Shown here one piece after another: positions 39,588 through 50,100 of a stretch of DNA of 64,000 nt (the stretch's first letter is position 1; each line of letters starts with the position of its first letter). Made by a program: the position numbers and the translations under genes. Source of the stretch: Porphyridium purpureum. Lineage: Eukaryota. The notes beneath the pieces are model-generated. The model was not told the DNA's origin, searched no databases, and saw only the letters and a program-made list of their open reading frames with translations. The stretch spans positions 372,001 through 436,000 of the forward strand of contig VRMN01000003.1 of NCBI GenBank assembly GCA_008690995.1, written 5' to 3'.

Positions 39588-40672
39588 CGTGCCAAGGCGT
39601 GGCTCTTTCGCAACCCCGTGACCACACCAGACGCCCTTCGCACACCGCCAATCACAGACCTACGTACAGACCCCCCGGGCGCCTCTCTCACCGTCCCTTC
39701 CCCAATCCAACCCCGTATTCTTCACACGCCCGCTGCCGCTCCCCGTGCGCACTCACGCTCATGCACGCACACACGCTCCTCTGCGGCTCGATCCCTCCGG
39801 CTTTCCTCCGCCACCCCTCACTTCCCGCTCCCCCCTCACGCCGAGCGACGCACCTATGCGTCCCACCTCCACCACTCTCTCCCGCTCTCACAAACACCGC
39901 GCGCGCCTCGTGCTTCTGTCGCTCGCTCCCCGGCGTCAGTCATACCCGCGGCCCCCCGCACTTCGTGTCTTCCCCGCGCCCCTGGTGTCACACCAGAACC
40001 AAACCCCCCTCCCCCTCGACGGTTCAGTCGCGGCTGTTGCTCATGGCGCCGCGCAGTTTTATTTGGCATCGAGTCGCCGCAACATCAAAAGGAGCAGCGT
40101 CGTCGCTGTATGCAACAGGACCCGCTCCGCCAGCGCGTGGGGAAAATCGAGACACCGATCAGCAGCTAAATTTATGAAGAGTGGACAGTACCTGCGAGTG
40201 TACACGGCTCGGCGTGCGCGCGCCAGTTTGATCGTGATGCGCGCCGGCAGCCCCGCGCTTCCGCCTTTGCTCGCCGGCGTCGATCGACGTGCACGCGCGC
40301 CCGAGCGCAAGTCAGTCATGCGGCCTTCCACAATAGGCGCCTTTATGTTCTTCACACAACGCTATCGTTCCGCTTCAAGCTAAAAGGGTCAAACTAACTG
40401 ACAGCACACTGACAGATTTAGCGGAGACGCGAAAACTGGAGACCACACGAGAAAGACAGAGACAAAAGGACAGAGACGGGACGCAGTGAACATGACACTG
40501 GACGCGACACGTTGTCGTGATCAAGTCTGCACGCACGCACTCACAAAATGGTGTCGAGCTTTTCTGTGCGTCTCACGAAGCACAAATGAAACACGCGCGC
40601 AAAAACAGTTCCCTTTTCCCTAAGCGATGCGTAAGTTGACTCCCTGAGCTTGCCTCTGAGTCAACGCGCAAA

Positions 40673-41387
40673 TTATCGGTCCTCCACCCATGCATTTTCT
40701 CGCCGGATCTCTTCTTCTTCCTCGGGCGTGAAGTCATTGACAATGCCAAACTCACCGCGGATCTGCTCGGCACTCTTCCCTTTGATCATGTCCGCAACGC
40801 TCTTGCACGTCAAATCCAAGAGGGACTGGATATCCATATAATTGGCAGCAAGAATCAAGTGGAAGAGCGTCGGTTTGTCGACCCGCACGAATTCCTTGTT
40901 CCACTTGTCAATGTCCTCGTCGCTCTGCGGATTCGACTGTAAATGGTAGTGGTATCTGCAATACTCGATCACTTTTGCCAGAATCGCGGACTCCACATTC
41001 GGAATAGGAATGGTGGTTTCTTCCTCGCTCACATCCTGTCACAAGAAGATCGCACGTCAACCAAAAAACAGCATCGCAAGAAAGGGCACTCGCGGACAAA
41101 GAGAACAAAGTCAAGTTAGCCACCATCCAGAAAAAGCAGGAAGGGAGTCCAGCGACTGCGCCGTGTCAAGGCGCGGCATAGACGTCCGTCAGAAAGAGAA
41201 AATAAATGCAAAGAGAGCATAAGAAGGACGAAGAAGAAAGGTGGCGCGGATGCCATTTTGCACCGCATAAACGTACCTCTAGGACATTCGCCACCAGGCC
41301 CGAAACATTCGCGACGCCGCGCTCCACATTGAACGTCTCGTTGTCGCTCGAAACGAGCGCAACAAACTGCTCAGACCCGTCAACCAT
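40673..41387 (-). CDS. SKP1: Skp1, two exons: join(41387..41277,41035..40673), 157 aa
   Basis: Exon 1 [13 protein letters not shown]; exon 2 [76 protein letters not shown]. Confidence 0.95.
41036..41276 (-). other. Spliceosomal intron (241 nt, phase 0) in SKP1
   Basis: Donor GTACGT, branch-like GCTAAC (41120-41115), acceptor CAG. Removal joins NVLE to DVSEE in frame. Confidence 0.88.
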
Positions 41388-41898
41388 TTCGTGCTGCCCC
41401 TCCTCTCTTGCTCTCTCCCGCACTTGCTGTATGTTTGGCGGCTCCGCTGTTCAAGTCTTCGCGGTCTCCGTCCAAGCGTCATCTATTTGAGTCTGTGAAA
41501 TATGATAGCAAGCTAGTCTTTTGTTAGGAACGTGGGCAGACAGGCGTTTTCGGTTTATTGGTTTGGAGCGTAGGCGTGCAGCTCGCCAAGTCGTTTCTCG
41601 TGCCGTGCAGGCGCCGCAGAAAGCGCTGGCGTGCCCTGCGCCCTGATTCAGGGAGACAGACGTGAGAAGGATGGCAAGGCGCACATGCCGTCGTGCGATT
41701 GCTGGATGACGCCAAAACTGGCCAGCGCGACAGGCTTCTGAGATGAATTGTTCACAACACTGGCGCGAGGCCATCACGGACGATGTACCAGACCAAGTGC
41801 GGTTGACCACGCTAGAGCTAGATCTTCCGCTTTGGAGTGGAAAGCGGTACAGAACAAGACGATCGAGACACTTGCTTGGAGAAATGCCTCAAACGAGT

Positions 41899-42315
41899 TT
41901 ACGTGTTCACGGCACCGAAATCGGCACGAATCTGTTGGCTGTTCCTGCCGGTTGTCATGGGCATGATGGCCTCGCACACAAGTGTCACAAGCTCCTGAAT
42001 TTTAAGAAAGTCTCCAGCCCTGAGCAAGCGTGCCAGCCGTGGCTTGTCAACCTCGACGAACGATTTCTTCCACTCGGCGTGCTCGTCGTCGCTCAACTTG
42101 AGGCTGCCACTTTTCGTATCTCCTAGAAACGTCAGAAACGCGACCACCTTGGCCAAAATGTCGCTGTCCATGTCGGGTAAGACACACGCTTCGGACTGAT
42201 CCGTCTCCTCCACCATATCCCTCAATGTTTCCGAGTGCTCCACCGCACTCGGCGACAGCTCGAATACCGTGCCGTCTCTGGCCGCAATCCTCAGACTGTT
42301 CGCTGTAGCCACCAT
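41899..42315 (-). CDS. Divergent, C-terminally truncated Skp1 paralog (138 aa, intronless)
   Basis: RDGTVFEL...SETLRDMVEE...LPDMDSDILAKVV...WKKSFVEVDK..L.RLLRAGDFLKIQELVTLVCEAI...GRNSQQIRADFG, then stop. Confidence 0.82.
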   Translation of the reverse strand: MVATANSLRIAARDGTVFELSPSAVEHSETLRDMVEETDQSEACVLPDMDSDILAKVVAFLTFLGDTKSGSLKLSDDEHAEWKKSFVEVDKPRLARLLRAGDFLKIQELVTLVCEAIMPMTTGRNSQQIRADFGAVNT

Positions 42316-42509
42316 CGCTAAACCCCTCCGCTACGCCTTCACCTTTTCCTTCACCTTTCCGTTCCCCTTTCCCTGTTTCTTCCCCCCAGTGGTTCCCAAT
42401 TCCCCTGCACCCGCCCGAAGAAAAGAAAGTCCCAGGAAGGAATGGCTCAGAAATCTACATCCTTTGCATGAGTGTCTAGCAGATGAGAAGCCCATAGCAT
42501 TGGACGTGG

Positions 42510-43766
42510 TCATGGGTGTTGCTTAGATGTGGGGATGGGCTTTTCGTCGAGCTTCGAAGATATCCAGTCAGGACCGTGCTGGTGTAGACCTCGCGCAACC
42601 TCTAGCGCAGCTTCAACCTTCGCCTTGTGCTTCGAGCTGGCACTTCCTCGGGCAATCTCAGTGCCCATCATTTGCACACTCACGGAAAAGGTCGGGATAC
42701 GTGGGTCGCCACTTTTCCCAAGACACACGTACTTTGGCATTTGGCCTGCATATTGTTTGGCAAAGAAACTGTTCACGAAAGCGACTGGGTGCTTTTGCAT
42801 TTCATGAGGTAATTTCGGCTTGAATTCCTTCTCCCAGCCTTGTTTGGCGCGATCTTGCAGAAGGGACATCGCGGCTACCTCCTGAGCTTTCAGCTTGCTC
42901 TTTCCTACTCCGACTGCGACCTCTTCACCATCGAGCCTTAGATGCGCACCAAAAAAGGGCTCGTGGTCCGGGCCGCCAACCCTGGCGACGAACCATTTGA
43001 CGGCATCTTGACCGAATATCTCCAACACAAGGCCCTTCGGATCCGTCACTGTATCTTGCACGTCCAAGGGCAGTGTACTCACTCGCTCTTTCATCCATTG
43101 GCCGACAACGCGCTTGGTCACATCGAAGCCTTGGTCCAAATGAAGTGCGCCTACGACGGCCTCCAGCACGTCTCTTATAATCTTTTGCTTTGTCCCTCGC
43201 GTGTCGTTCATGATATGCGGCTTCACCATGATGCCGCGCGCCAGCTCCAGATCACTTCCAACATCCGCGAGCGTCGCTGCTTGGACGAGCTGGCCCAAGT
43301 TAGTGGTCAGCCACGACGGATTGAAAAACAACCAGTGATCTTTGTCGGAGCTTGATATGCACTTTGATCCGTGCTCGAATAATTCATTCAGAACCGCAGC
43401 GCGCAGGATTGCATCGCCCATGCATTCGAGGTTTTCATAACTCTGTCGCTCGTGCGGGATCACGTTCTGCCAAACCTCCAGATCCCACACAGACCGGTGC
43501 GTGAAGGCCTCAAACAGCAGCTCTCGACGGTGGAACTTGACGCCCAATCTCGATTCGAACTGGATAATGAACTCTCGTTCTTCGCCGAACTCACTCATGA
43601 TCGACGACCAATCTAGTGGCACAAGGTCCGGCTTCCGTGGGAACTTGAACGAAGTGTAGAATCGAATGCCGCGACGCGAAGCTTTCCCTCGCCACCTGCT
43701 GTATCCGTTTGGAGAGCTGCACCAAAATACGTGCGAGCGCTTCAACACTGGCCATGTCTGCCTCAT
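42510..43766 (-). CDS. Ribonuclease III: one RNase III domain plus two dsRNA-binding domains, with an N-terminal presequence-like extension
   Basis: LLFEAFTHRS, signature YENLECMGDAIL, RDVLEAVVGALHLDQG; dsRBD1 DPK...GPDHEPFF...GVGKSKLKAQEVAA; dsRBD2 HPV...GDPRIPTF...GSASSKHKAKVEAA. Confidence 0.9.
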   Translation of the reverse strand: MRQTWPVLKRSHVFWCSSPNGYSRWRGKASRRGIRFYTSFKFPRKPDLVPLDWSSIMSEFGEEREFIIQFESRLGVKFHRRELLFEAFTHRSVWDLEVWQNVIPHERQSYENLECMGDAILRAAVLNELFEHGSKCISSSDKDHWLFFNPSWLTTNLGQLVQAATLADVGSDLELARGIMVKPHIMNDTRGTKQKIIRDVLEAVVGALHLDQGFDVTKRVVGQWMKERVSTLPLDVQDTVTDPKGLVLEIFGQDAVKWFVARVGGPDHEPFFGAHLRLDGEEVAVGVGKSKLKAQEVAAMSLLQDRAKQGWEKEFKPKLPHEMQKHPVAFVNSFFAKQYAGQMPKYVCLGKSGDPRIPTFSVSVQMMGTEIARGSASSKHKAKVEAALEVARGLHQHGPDWISSKLDEKPIPTSKQHP

Positions 43767-44226
43767 GCTGAGCGTAGCAACAGGTCGAAGATTCCTCGCC
43801 GCAAGATGATTACATTGATGCAACACACGCACGCTGATGCAAGCCGCACAGGTTGGCGCAAGGCCAAGCCAGTATCAGCCAGAGTCTATCAGAAGGAGAA
43901 TTGCCCTGCACTTGCTTTCTGTGATTTTCGCCAGGCTCCCTTTCGTCGTGCCAGGCGTCGTCCCGGACGGTTTATTGCAAGAGTGCGAAGAAGATCAACG
44001 TATTCACGTGTAGGCTCGGAACAGACGCCGAGCGCTTGTGCTGGTGAACCCGTGCGCTGCAAGCAACTGAGAATACCGCCGTTTGAAAGTAAACTGGTTG
44101 GATCTTCTGCCGGCAGAAGAACTGAAGGAATATGCAAAAAACGATGGCGCGAGGCAGGGCCGTACAGGGAGGATCCATAATATGAATTTCATTCGAGACA
44201 TGCGTACGCATTTCATACCATAACAT

Positions 44227-45792
44227 TTAGACGACATCAAAGTTGTTCACCTTGCTCAACCGCGTGGCCTTCGCCATGACTGCGGACGCCCGTGTGATCG
44301 GATCGGTCATGTAAAAGTTATCGATGGGTGCTCCAAGCGGGGCTTCCAAAAACTCGAGATGGACATCTGGAGCCCCCTTGATGGGGATGCGATCTGTAGG
44401 AAGCAATCTCGGAGCCGTCATGGCGTTGAGTGCACCGGGGGCGAGCAACTCCATCCCCGCGTTTGCGGCTGCCTCCGGTTGCCAGTCTTCCCCAAACAGT
44501 GCAGCCAACGTCTCCGCATCGTCCCGCGCATGGCCGGGCGGAAAGAAAGCTCTCTTGGAGCCCTGTACCCGACCTTCCGTATTTACATAGGTCGCGCTTT
44601 TTTCAGTGTATGCTGGTCCAGGTAACACCAAGTTTGCCACGGCCGCACCCCTGTCGCCGTGATGACCCTGGTAAACCACAAATGCGTCATCCGCCACTTC
44701 CATACCATCCACGTCGTCTGCGCCCATCAAGAACAATAGCTTGGAGTCCTGCCACAGCTGTTTGCCATCATTTTTGTATGCAGCGCTGTCGCGAGTGTCG
44801 AACCCGATTTCCATGAGTCCCACCGTGTTTGCACCTTGGTGCAAAACGTTGAAGCCGTCCCAGTCATCGCGGATCATGCCACAGCTAGACGCAATCTTCT
44901 GAGACGCAGCGAATATGCTTTCGCCGTCGGCACGCTGAAGTGCCTTGTTGCTGACTATGATTACGGGATTCTGAGCGCTTTTCAGGACATCACAGAAAGG
45001 ATGCGTACCGTCTGCCAGCTGCTTCAGCGTGGCGGGCGTAATACCGAGATGTTCCTGAGCGTACGTCAGATTCGCGTAGCAACCGACAGACGCAACGCGA
45101 GCACCATGGTGCAGGACGGCCTTTCGCAGTCGGGTGTTGAGAAGTGGCGCCTCTTTGCGCGGGTTGCACCCGACCAAAAGTATGACGTCAGCCTGCTCCA
45201 TCCCCGCTAGACCCGTGTTCAGCTTGAAGTTATGGCGGAAGTCCGATACGGCAAAGCTAGGTTGCTCTTGAAGCGTGAAAACCACATTGGGAAAGTGCCA
45301 TAAGAACTGCGCTCGTAACTGAATGGCGGCTTCCATGTCAACGTAAGGACCAAGCACGGCATGTGCCACGTATTTGCGCTCAGCATTATGTCGATCAAGC
45401 TTGAGCACTACATTCTTCATGAGAATACGGGCCTTATCCCATCCGATAGGCACAAAGTTGTTGTCCTTGTCGCGCACCATGGGCTGATTGAGCCGCTGCG
45501 TCTTGAGGCCATCGTACGAAAAGCGCGACTTGTCCGAGATCCACTCCTCGTTCACGTCCTCGTTCAGCCGCGGCAGGATGCGCATGACCTCTGTTCCGCG
45601 CGTGTCCACGCGAATGTTGGAGCCAACCCCGTCCAACACATCCACCGAAGACGTGGACTTGAGCTCCCAGGAGCGCGACGTGAACGCGTACGGCTTTGAC
45701 GTCAGCGCGCCCACCGCGCGAAGCACCACGGCGTCGGGCGCTTGCTGCACGGCCGCCATGCAGGGGCGCAAGAGCCGCGATGTCGCACCCAT
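44227..45792 (-). CDS. nad11: Complex I 75-kDa subunit (Nad11/NDUFS1), C-terminal molybdopterin-oxidoreductase-like half only
   Basis: After a ~26-aa leader the protein begins VGALTSKPYAFTSRSWEL, then MRILPRLNEDVNEEWISDKSRFSYDGL, NPRKEAPLLNTRLRKA, VYQGHHGDRGA, YTEKSATYVNTEGRVQ, NFYMTDPITRASAVMAK. No Fe-S Cys motifs. Confidence 0.93.
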   Translation of the reverse strand: MGATSRLLRPCMAAVQQAPDAVVLRAVGALTSKPYAFTSRSWELKSTSSVDVLDGVGSNIRVDTRGTEVMRILPRLNEDVNEEWISDKSRFSYDGLKTQRLNQPMVRDKDNNFVPIGWDKARILMKNVVLKLDRHNAERKYVAHAVLGPYVDMEAAIQLRAQFLWHFPNVVFTLQEQPSFAVSDFRHNFKLNTGLAGMEQADVILLVGCNPRKEAPLLNTRLRKAVLHHGARVASVGCYANLTYAQEHLGITPATLKQLADGTHPFCDVLKSAQNPVIIVSNKALQRADGESIFAASQKIASSCGMIRDDWDGFNVLHQGANTVGLMEIGFDTRDSAAYKNDGKQLWQDSKLLFLMGADDVDGMEVADDAFVVYQGHHGDRGAAVANLVLPGPAYTEKSATYVNTEGRVQGSKRAFFPPGHARDDAETLAALFGEDWQPEAAANAGMELLAPGALNAMTAPRLLPTDRIPIKGAPDVHLEFLEAPLGAPIDNFYMTDPITRASAVMAKATRLSKVNNFDVV

Positions 45793-47491
45793 ATTGATCC
45801 CAAAGTCCACGCCCTCCCCACCGCCTGCTCGCCTTGTCTCCAACACACACACTCCAACTCCGACCTCACTTGCCCTTCTCCCTTCTTTCCCCGACCGTTC
45901 ACCACCAACGCGCAGCTCACTCCAACAGAACGTTAAGAAAGCACACACAATGTTAAAATATACTATAAAAAAGGAACCTGCTAGCGCTTGAATTTCGCCT
46001 TTCGCCATGCAGGCCCCACAAGAAAGTCTGCGCAGGTTCCGTGTCAACTTCACTTCCTCGAGGAACAGGATACGTCCGTCGAACGAGCGGGACCCAACGC
46101 GCCAGCGCCGCGAGTGAGAACTTGTGACGACGGGCAAGCCTACCAAGCGCGTGGAAAGGTCAAGTGTCCTACCGGAGCAAACTGCGTGCTTCTGTGACTT
46201 GAAGTCGGAACACTGACGATTCAATGCCGCTCGGGTCTTTCATCGAGTTTACGTTTGCCGGGAGGCACACCAGGTCTCCTTCGCCTGGCGGTCTGTAAAA
46301 GGGAGAGCGGATCTCCGTAGGTTGGTTATTTATTTTTCATTTTTTGTCCACTTTCCTCCACACAGTTCATGGACTTGTTCCCTTTTTGGACGATATGATG
46401 CCGCGGGTAGAACGCTGGTCACACACAGCGCGGCGAAGGCGACGGGGGAAGAAGGAACACCGACTGAAGGGAAGGCTGTTTTGCAGCGTCAGGAAGAGGA
46501 GGCAGTTGCTTGGAAACGCCGTGAAGATATATTTGACGATAGCTCGGTTCAACGCGAGCGTATCGAACTCACGCGTTTTTGAGGATCGTGGAGTTGCCAC
46601 CCACTTTCATGTTTGACCTGGGCACGGTCACCATTCACTCTTCCCAGTTGGATCTGAGTCTTGGACTCTTGTGCGTGTTCTCCGATTGCCACGTTCAAGA
46701 GCTCACTCGTTCGGAAAATCTGTCCAGCAACAAATTGAACACGCACGTATCTTGGATGTGTGGAACGGGCGCACTCAACTTTGCCAGACACAAGCAATTA
46801 TTGCAGCGTTCCTTCGTGCATTTGCGCGGGCGCTACTTCTGTTAAAAGATTGAACTCCGCGTGCAGGGGAGCCTTTTCCGGCTTCTCCGTGGCACACATC
46901 GTAAAAGTCCAAGTCCATGAGGAAGCAGAAAAAAACATCGTGACCAAACCGGGTTGTTATTTTAACACGAAGTGGTGACCCGATGAAACCGGAACGCCGC
47001 AGTCGGATACAGGGCTGCGCGGCGTGCAGCATCGTTTCGAGTGAGACGGCCTGCATTTTCTGCGCAAAGTGAGGTCGAGGTCACAACTGCGCCAATTTTG
47101 GACCAGATAAGGTATCCGAAACCGTGTGGACGCTACAGACTTTGTTCCACACGACAGCAAAATAAGTGACGCGCAGCTATCTATGCGGATGAATAGTTTC
47201 GCTCTGCGGATGGAGCGCCTCAGGGGTAAGAGATACACGGTAAAGTTGCTGTATTTGCAGCTACTGACTCCCCTCAATTTATGGAACTTGAGAAACGACG
47301 AGTCCACGACTGTCAGCCTTGCCCATAGGTCGGACCTTGCCCAAACCGACCATTGAACCTGCGCATCTTCCCCTTTTCTATTCACGAGACTGTTGTAATT
47401 TAAGCGAACCGTGCAGCGTATGTATTTCAACCGGCTGCGGTAGTATACTGTACATGAAGTGGTCTTCTGACCCAGCGGTCACAAATATTCC

Positions 47492-48766
47492 TTACTCTCG
47501 GGTCGCATCGCGTTCTGGTTGACCCTGCAATTCTCCTGTGACTTCAGGCGACCCCATGCCTTGTCCTCGCCGTTCCAGCTTCTTGGCCAGCTTGGAAAAG
47601 CGGTGCTTCACGTCCTGGTCCGTACGGTCCGGCATGTGGCGTGCAATAGTTGCCCATTTGCGACCATACTGCTCGTACAGCTCCAGAATACGCGCGTCCT
47701 CGTCAGGCGTGAACATGCGCGGCTGCTCGCTGCGGCGCTGAAGCGTGTACAGCCACCGTGAACGCATCTGCTTCCCGCTGCGGTCCGGCATGTGGTTTTG
47801 CGCAAGCATACGCCAATTGCCAGCGCCGTACTTGCACACGAGCAACTCAAGCTGCGCGTCTTCCTCTGGTGTCCAATACATTCGGTCCGGCTCAATGTCT
47901 CGCAGAATCGCTCGCGAATTCGCTGCGGTCAACCCGCCACTGCTGGAAGCACCACCAAGCGGCTGAGCTCTCGAGCAAGAAGACATATGCGTCGAATGAG
48001 CATGTCTGTAGTCAGGAACTAGAAACCCTGCGTCTCCAGGCTTTCCTAGCTCTTGGAAATATTGCTGGGGTGTTTCATGCGCCGCAGGCCCAAGGGGTTG
48101 CGACAGTCCTGTGTTCCTTGTCTTCTCGCGGCCATCAGCTAAGAAATCCGCTACTTCCCCCCGCGGTGTCACGCTCGACTGTCGCCGGTATTGCCCCAAC
48201 GCACCGGACTGCGCTGATTCCTCTAAATGCGCACCGCTGCTGTTCAACATACCGTGAAAGAATCCGGACGGCGGACGCCGGAGACTTCCCGGTGCACTGG
48301 ACGTGTCGAGCGTCGAAAAGGGTGAGGGATGCACTGTCCCTACGTTAAAGTTGCCGCTGTTTGTCAGCGCGACCGAGACGGCGTTGTTAGTGTTCACTGA
48401 GCCTTGCAAATTACGTTGGTTGAAGAAAACATCTCGAACAGGATCGGGTAGCTCTGAAACGCTCGGCTCGACAATATGAGGCGGGGCCATCTCAGGCGCG
48501 CTTCCAATCTCAATTAAAGCCATGTTGGGTGCCAACGCCGCGCCGGTCGGTGAGCGTCCTAGAACGTGGCCGTCTTGCGACTCGCACTCCCGAATCATGT
48601 CGTGAATACTAGGAAGCCGCAAGGCACCGGCCGACTGCGGCGGCCATGGCTTGGCGTCGAATGAGCTTCTGCTCGCGTCAAACGGCGGGTACTGGGCAGC
48701 GGGTACTGATTTCCAAGGCACACCGTCTCGCTCTCTCTCTGACATGACTGCATATAAAGTAGGCAT
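47492..48766 (-). CDS. Two-repeat Myb transcription factor
   Basis: YWTPEEDAQL..LVCKYGAGNW...MPDRSGKQMRSRW and FTPDEDARILELYEQYGRKWATIARHMPDRTDQDVKHRF. Confidence 0.92.
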   Translation of the reverse strand: MPTLYAVMSERERDGVPWKSVPAAQYPPFDASRSSFDAKPWPPQSAGALRLPSIHDMIRECESQDGHVLGRSPTGAALAPNMALIEIGSAPEMAPPHIVEPSVSELPDPVRDVFFNQRNLQGSVNTNNAVSVALTNSGNFNVGTVHPSPFSTLDTSSAPGSLRRPPSGFFHGMLNSSGAHLEESAQSGALGQYRRQSSVTPRGEVADFLADGREKTRNTGLSQPLGPAAHETPQQYFQELGKPGDAGFLVPDYRHAHSTHMSSCSRAQPLGGASSSGGLTAANSRAILRDIEPDRMYWTPEEDAQLELLVCKYGAGNWRMLAQNHMPDRSGKQMRSRWLYTLQRRSEQPRMFTPDEDARILELYEQYGRKWATIARHMPDRTDQDVKHRFSKLAKKLERRGQGMGSPEVTGELQGQPERDATRE

Positions 48767-49589
48767 GTCTTCGGCGCCTCCTCACCTACATTCAACGCAC
48801 GTGGCCTTGCTTGCCTGACAACCTCCTCAGCCTTTGCGATCCGCACCGAACGCGACTTCCGCGGTCGTATTTATACGCCCACTCTTATTTCGGCTCCCAT
48901 TCTGATTTCAGAGGATTGTTTGCAAGCCATCCTGATCCAAATAAGCAGCTGCGCGTGAGCAGGGAACACACCTGGCACGACAGCCGCGACGTGATTTGCG
49001 TGTCAAAATGATTTTCCCACATCATCAGCACAACTCGAGGTGATTATTCCCTCGTCCGCCGAAACCCGAACGGTATCGAACTTGCGCCTTGTTGCCCGTA
49101 CTGGATTGCGCCCTGTGCACGCTCGCATCGTGTTAAAATGGGCTTTTTTTCAGTACGGCGACGATCGAGCGCACAAATTCTCCGCCCGATCCTCTTTTTG
49201 ATGCACCCTGGAGCCTGACAACGCGCGCAAAGCGAGCGCCCGCACCTATTTCCCGCGTTTTTATACAGCACAACGCACGATGCAAACTGCCCGGGTATAG
49301 CCGTTAATTGCGCGGTTCGGTGGGTTGGTTGATCACCTGCACAGCCAGGCGTTACTGCGCACACTGTAAATCACCTGCTTACGTGGACGTCAAGGGTCAT
49401 TTTCTGCACATTGGGTGTGCGTGGACACCGCGTGCTTTTTCTCCTTGCTCACCAACATGACAGGCGTGGATTTGATTCAGTTAATGTGGGGGTTTCCGCT
49501 CGATCGCAGCAACCAGCTGGCGCTCGCTCGCGCGCTTGTTGTGGAAGGTGAGCTTTCACTCGCTCGCAGCGCAGGGGCGCTGGACCAGC

Positions 49590-50100
49590 ACACCCATTTG
49601 CGCTGTCTCGTGGGTGAGCATAGCGACATAACATCTGATGAGGCGGCAGACACACATGTTTACCTGGAGAAGGTCGCCGCACGTCGTAGGGGTTCTGCCG
49701 GCTGGTCTCGGGCTCGGAAGCCACAGGCCAGACGCCAGGCCTCCGATGGCCAAGCCTTAGTCTACCCGACAAGAACATCCGGCTAAGGAGCAGGCTCACC
49801 CGAGGGCGCGCCGGCAAGCGCGTAGTGGCAAAGTCTATTCGCACGATCCAGCGGCGCAGCAGGGACATGTGTGCTTGCGCCATCTCGTTGGTAAGCACAG
49901 CGACGTCACGGAAGACTCGGCTCCGGTTACACATGCTCGTACGGAGCAAATTACCGCACGTCAAAAGTGTTCTGCTGACTGGTTGGGACAACGCAAGCCA
50001 GAGACCAAGCCCAAGACGAAAAGGGCCATGTCCTAGTCTACCCAACTTGAGCACGGCGTGGAGGAGCAGGCTTACTCGCGGGAGCGCTAGCATGCGGATG
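49590..50100 (+). pseudogene. Decayed coding remnant made of two diverged ~277-nt tandem copies (unknown family)
   Basis: Copies starting TTGCGC at 49598 and 49875 align (LRCLVGEHSDIT.. versus LRHLVGKHSDVT..). Many differences are synonymous in the + frame. Both copies carry stops and differ by a 1-nt indel. Confidence 0.5.

Noticed and set aside
6842..42315. Apparent ubiquitin-proteasome cluster (RING, Rpn12, F-box, two Skp1)
   Set aside because: These are common eukaryotic gene classes spread over 35 kb among unrelated genes. Only the Skp1 tandem is a real local association.
45793..46224. 144-codon in-frame upstream extension of the nad11 ORF
   Set aside because: Starts at a non-ATG codon, has UTR-like composition (T-rich and G-rich tracts) and shows no Nad11 similarity.
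49635..49682. CTGATGA followed by a possible stem (hammerhead ribozyme core)
   Set aside because: No GAAA after the putative stem II, and the motif is not kept in the second tandem copy.
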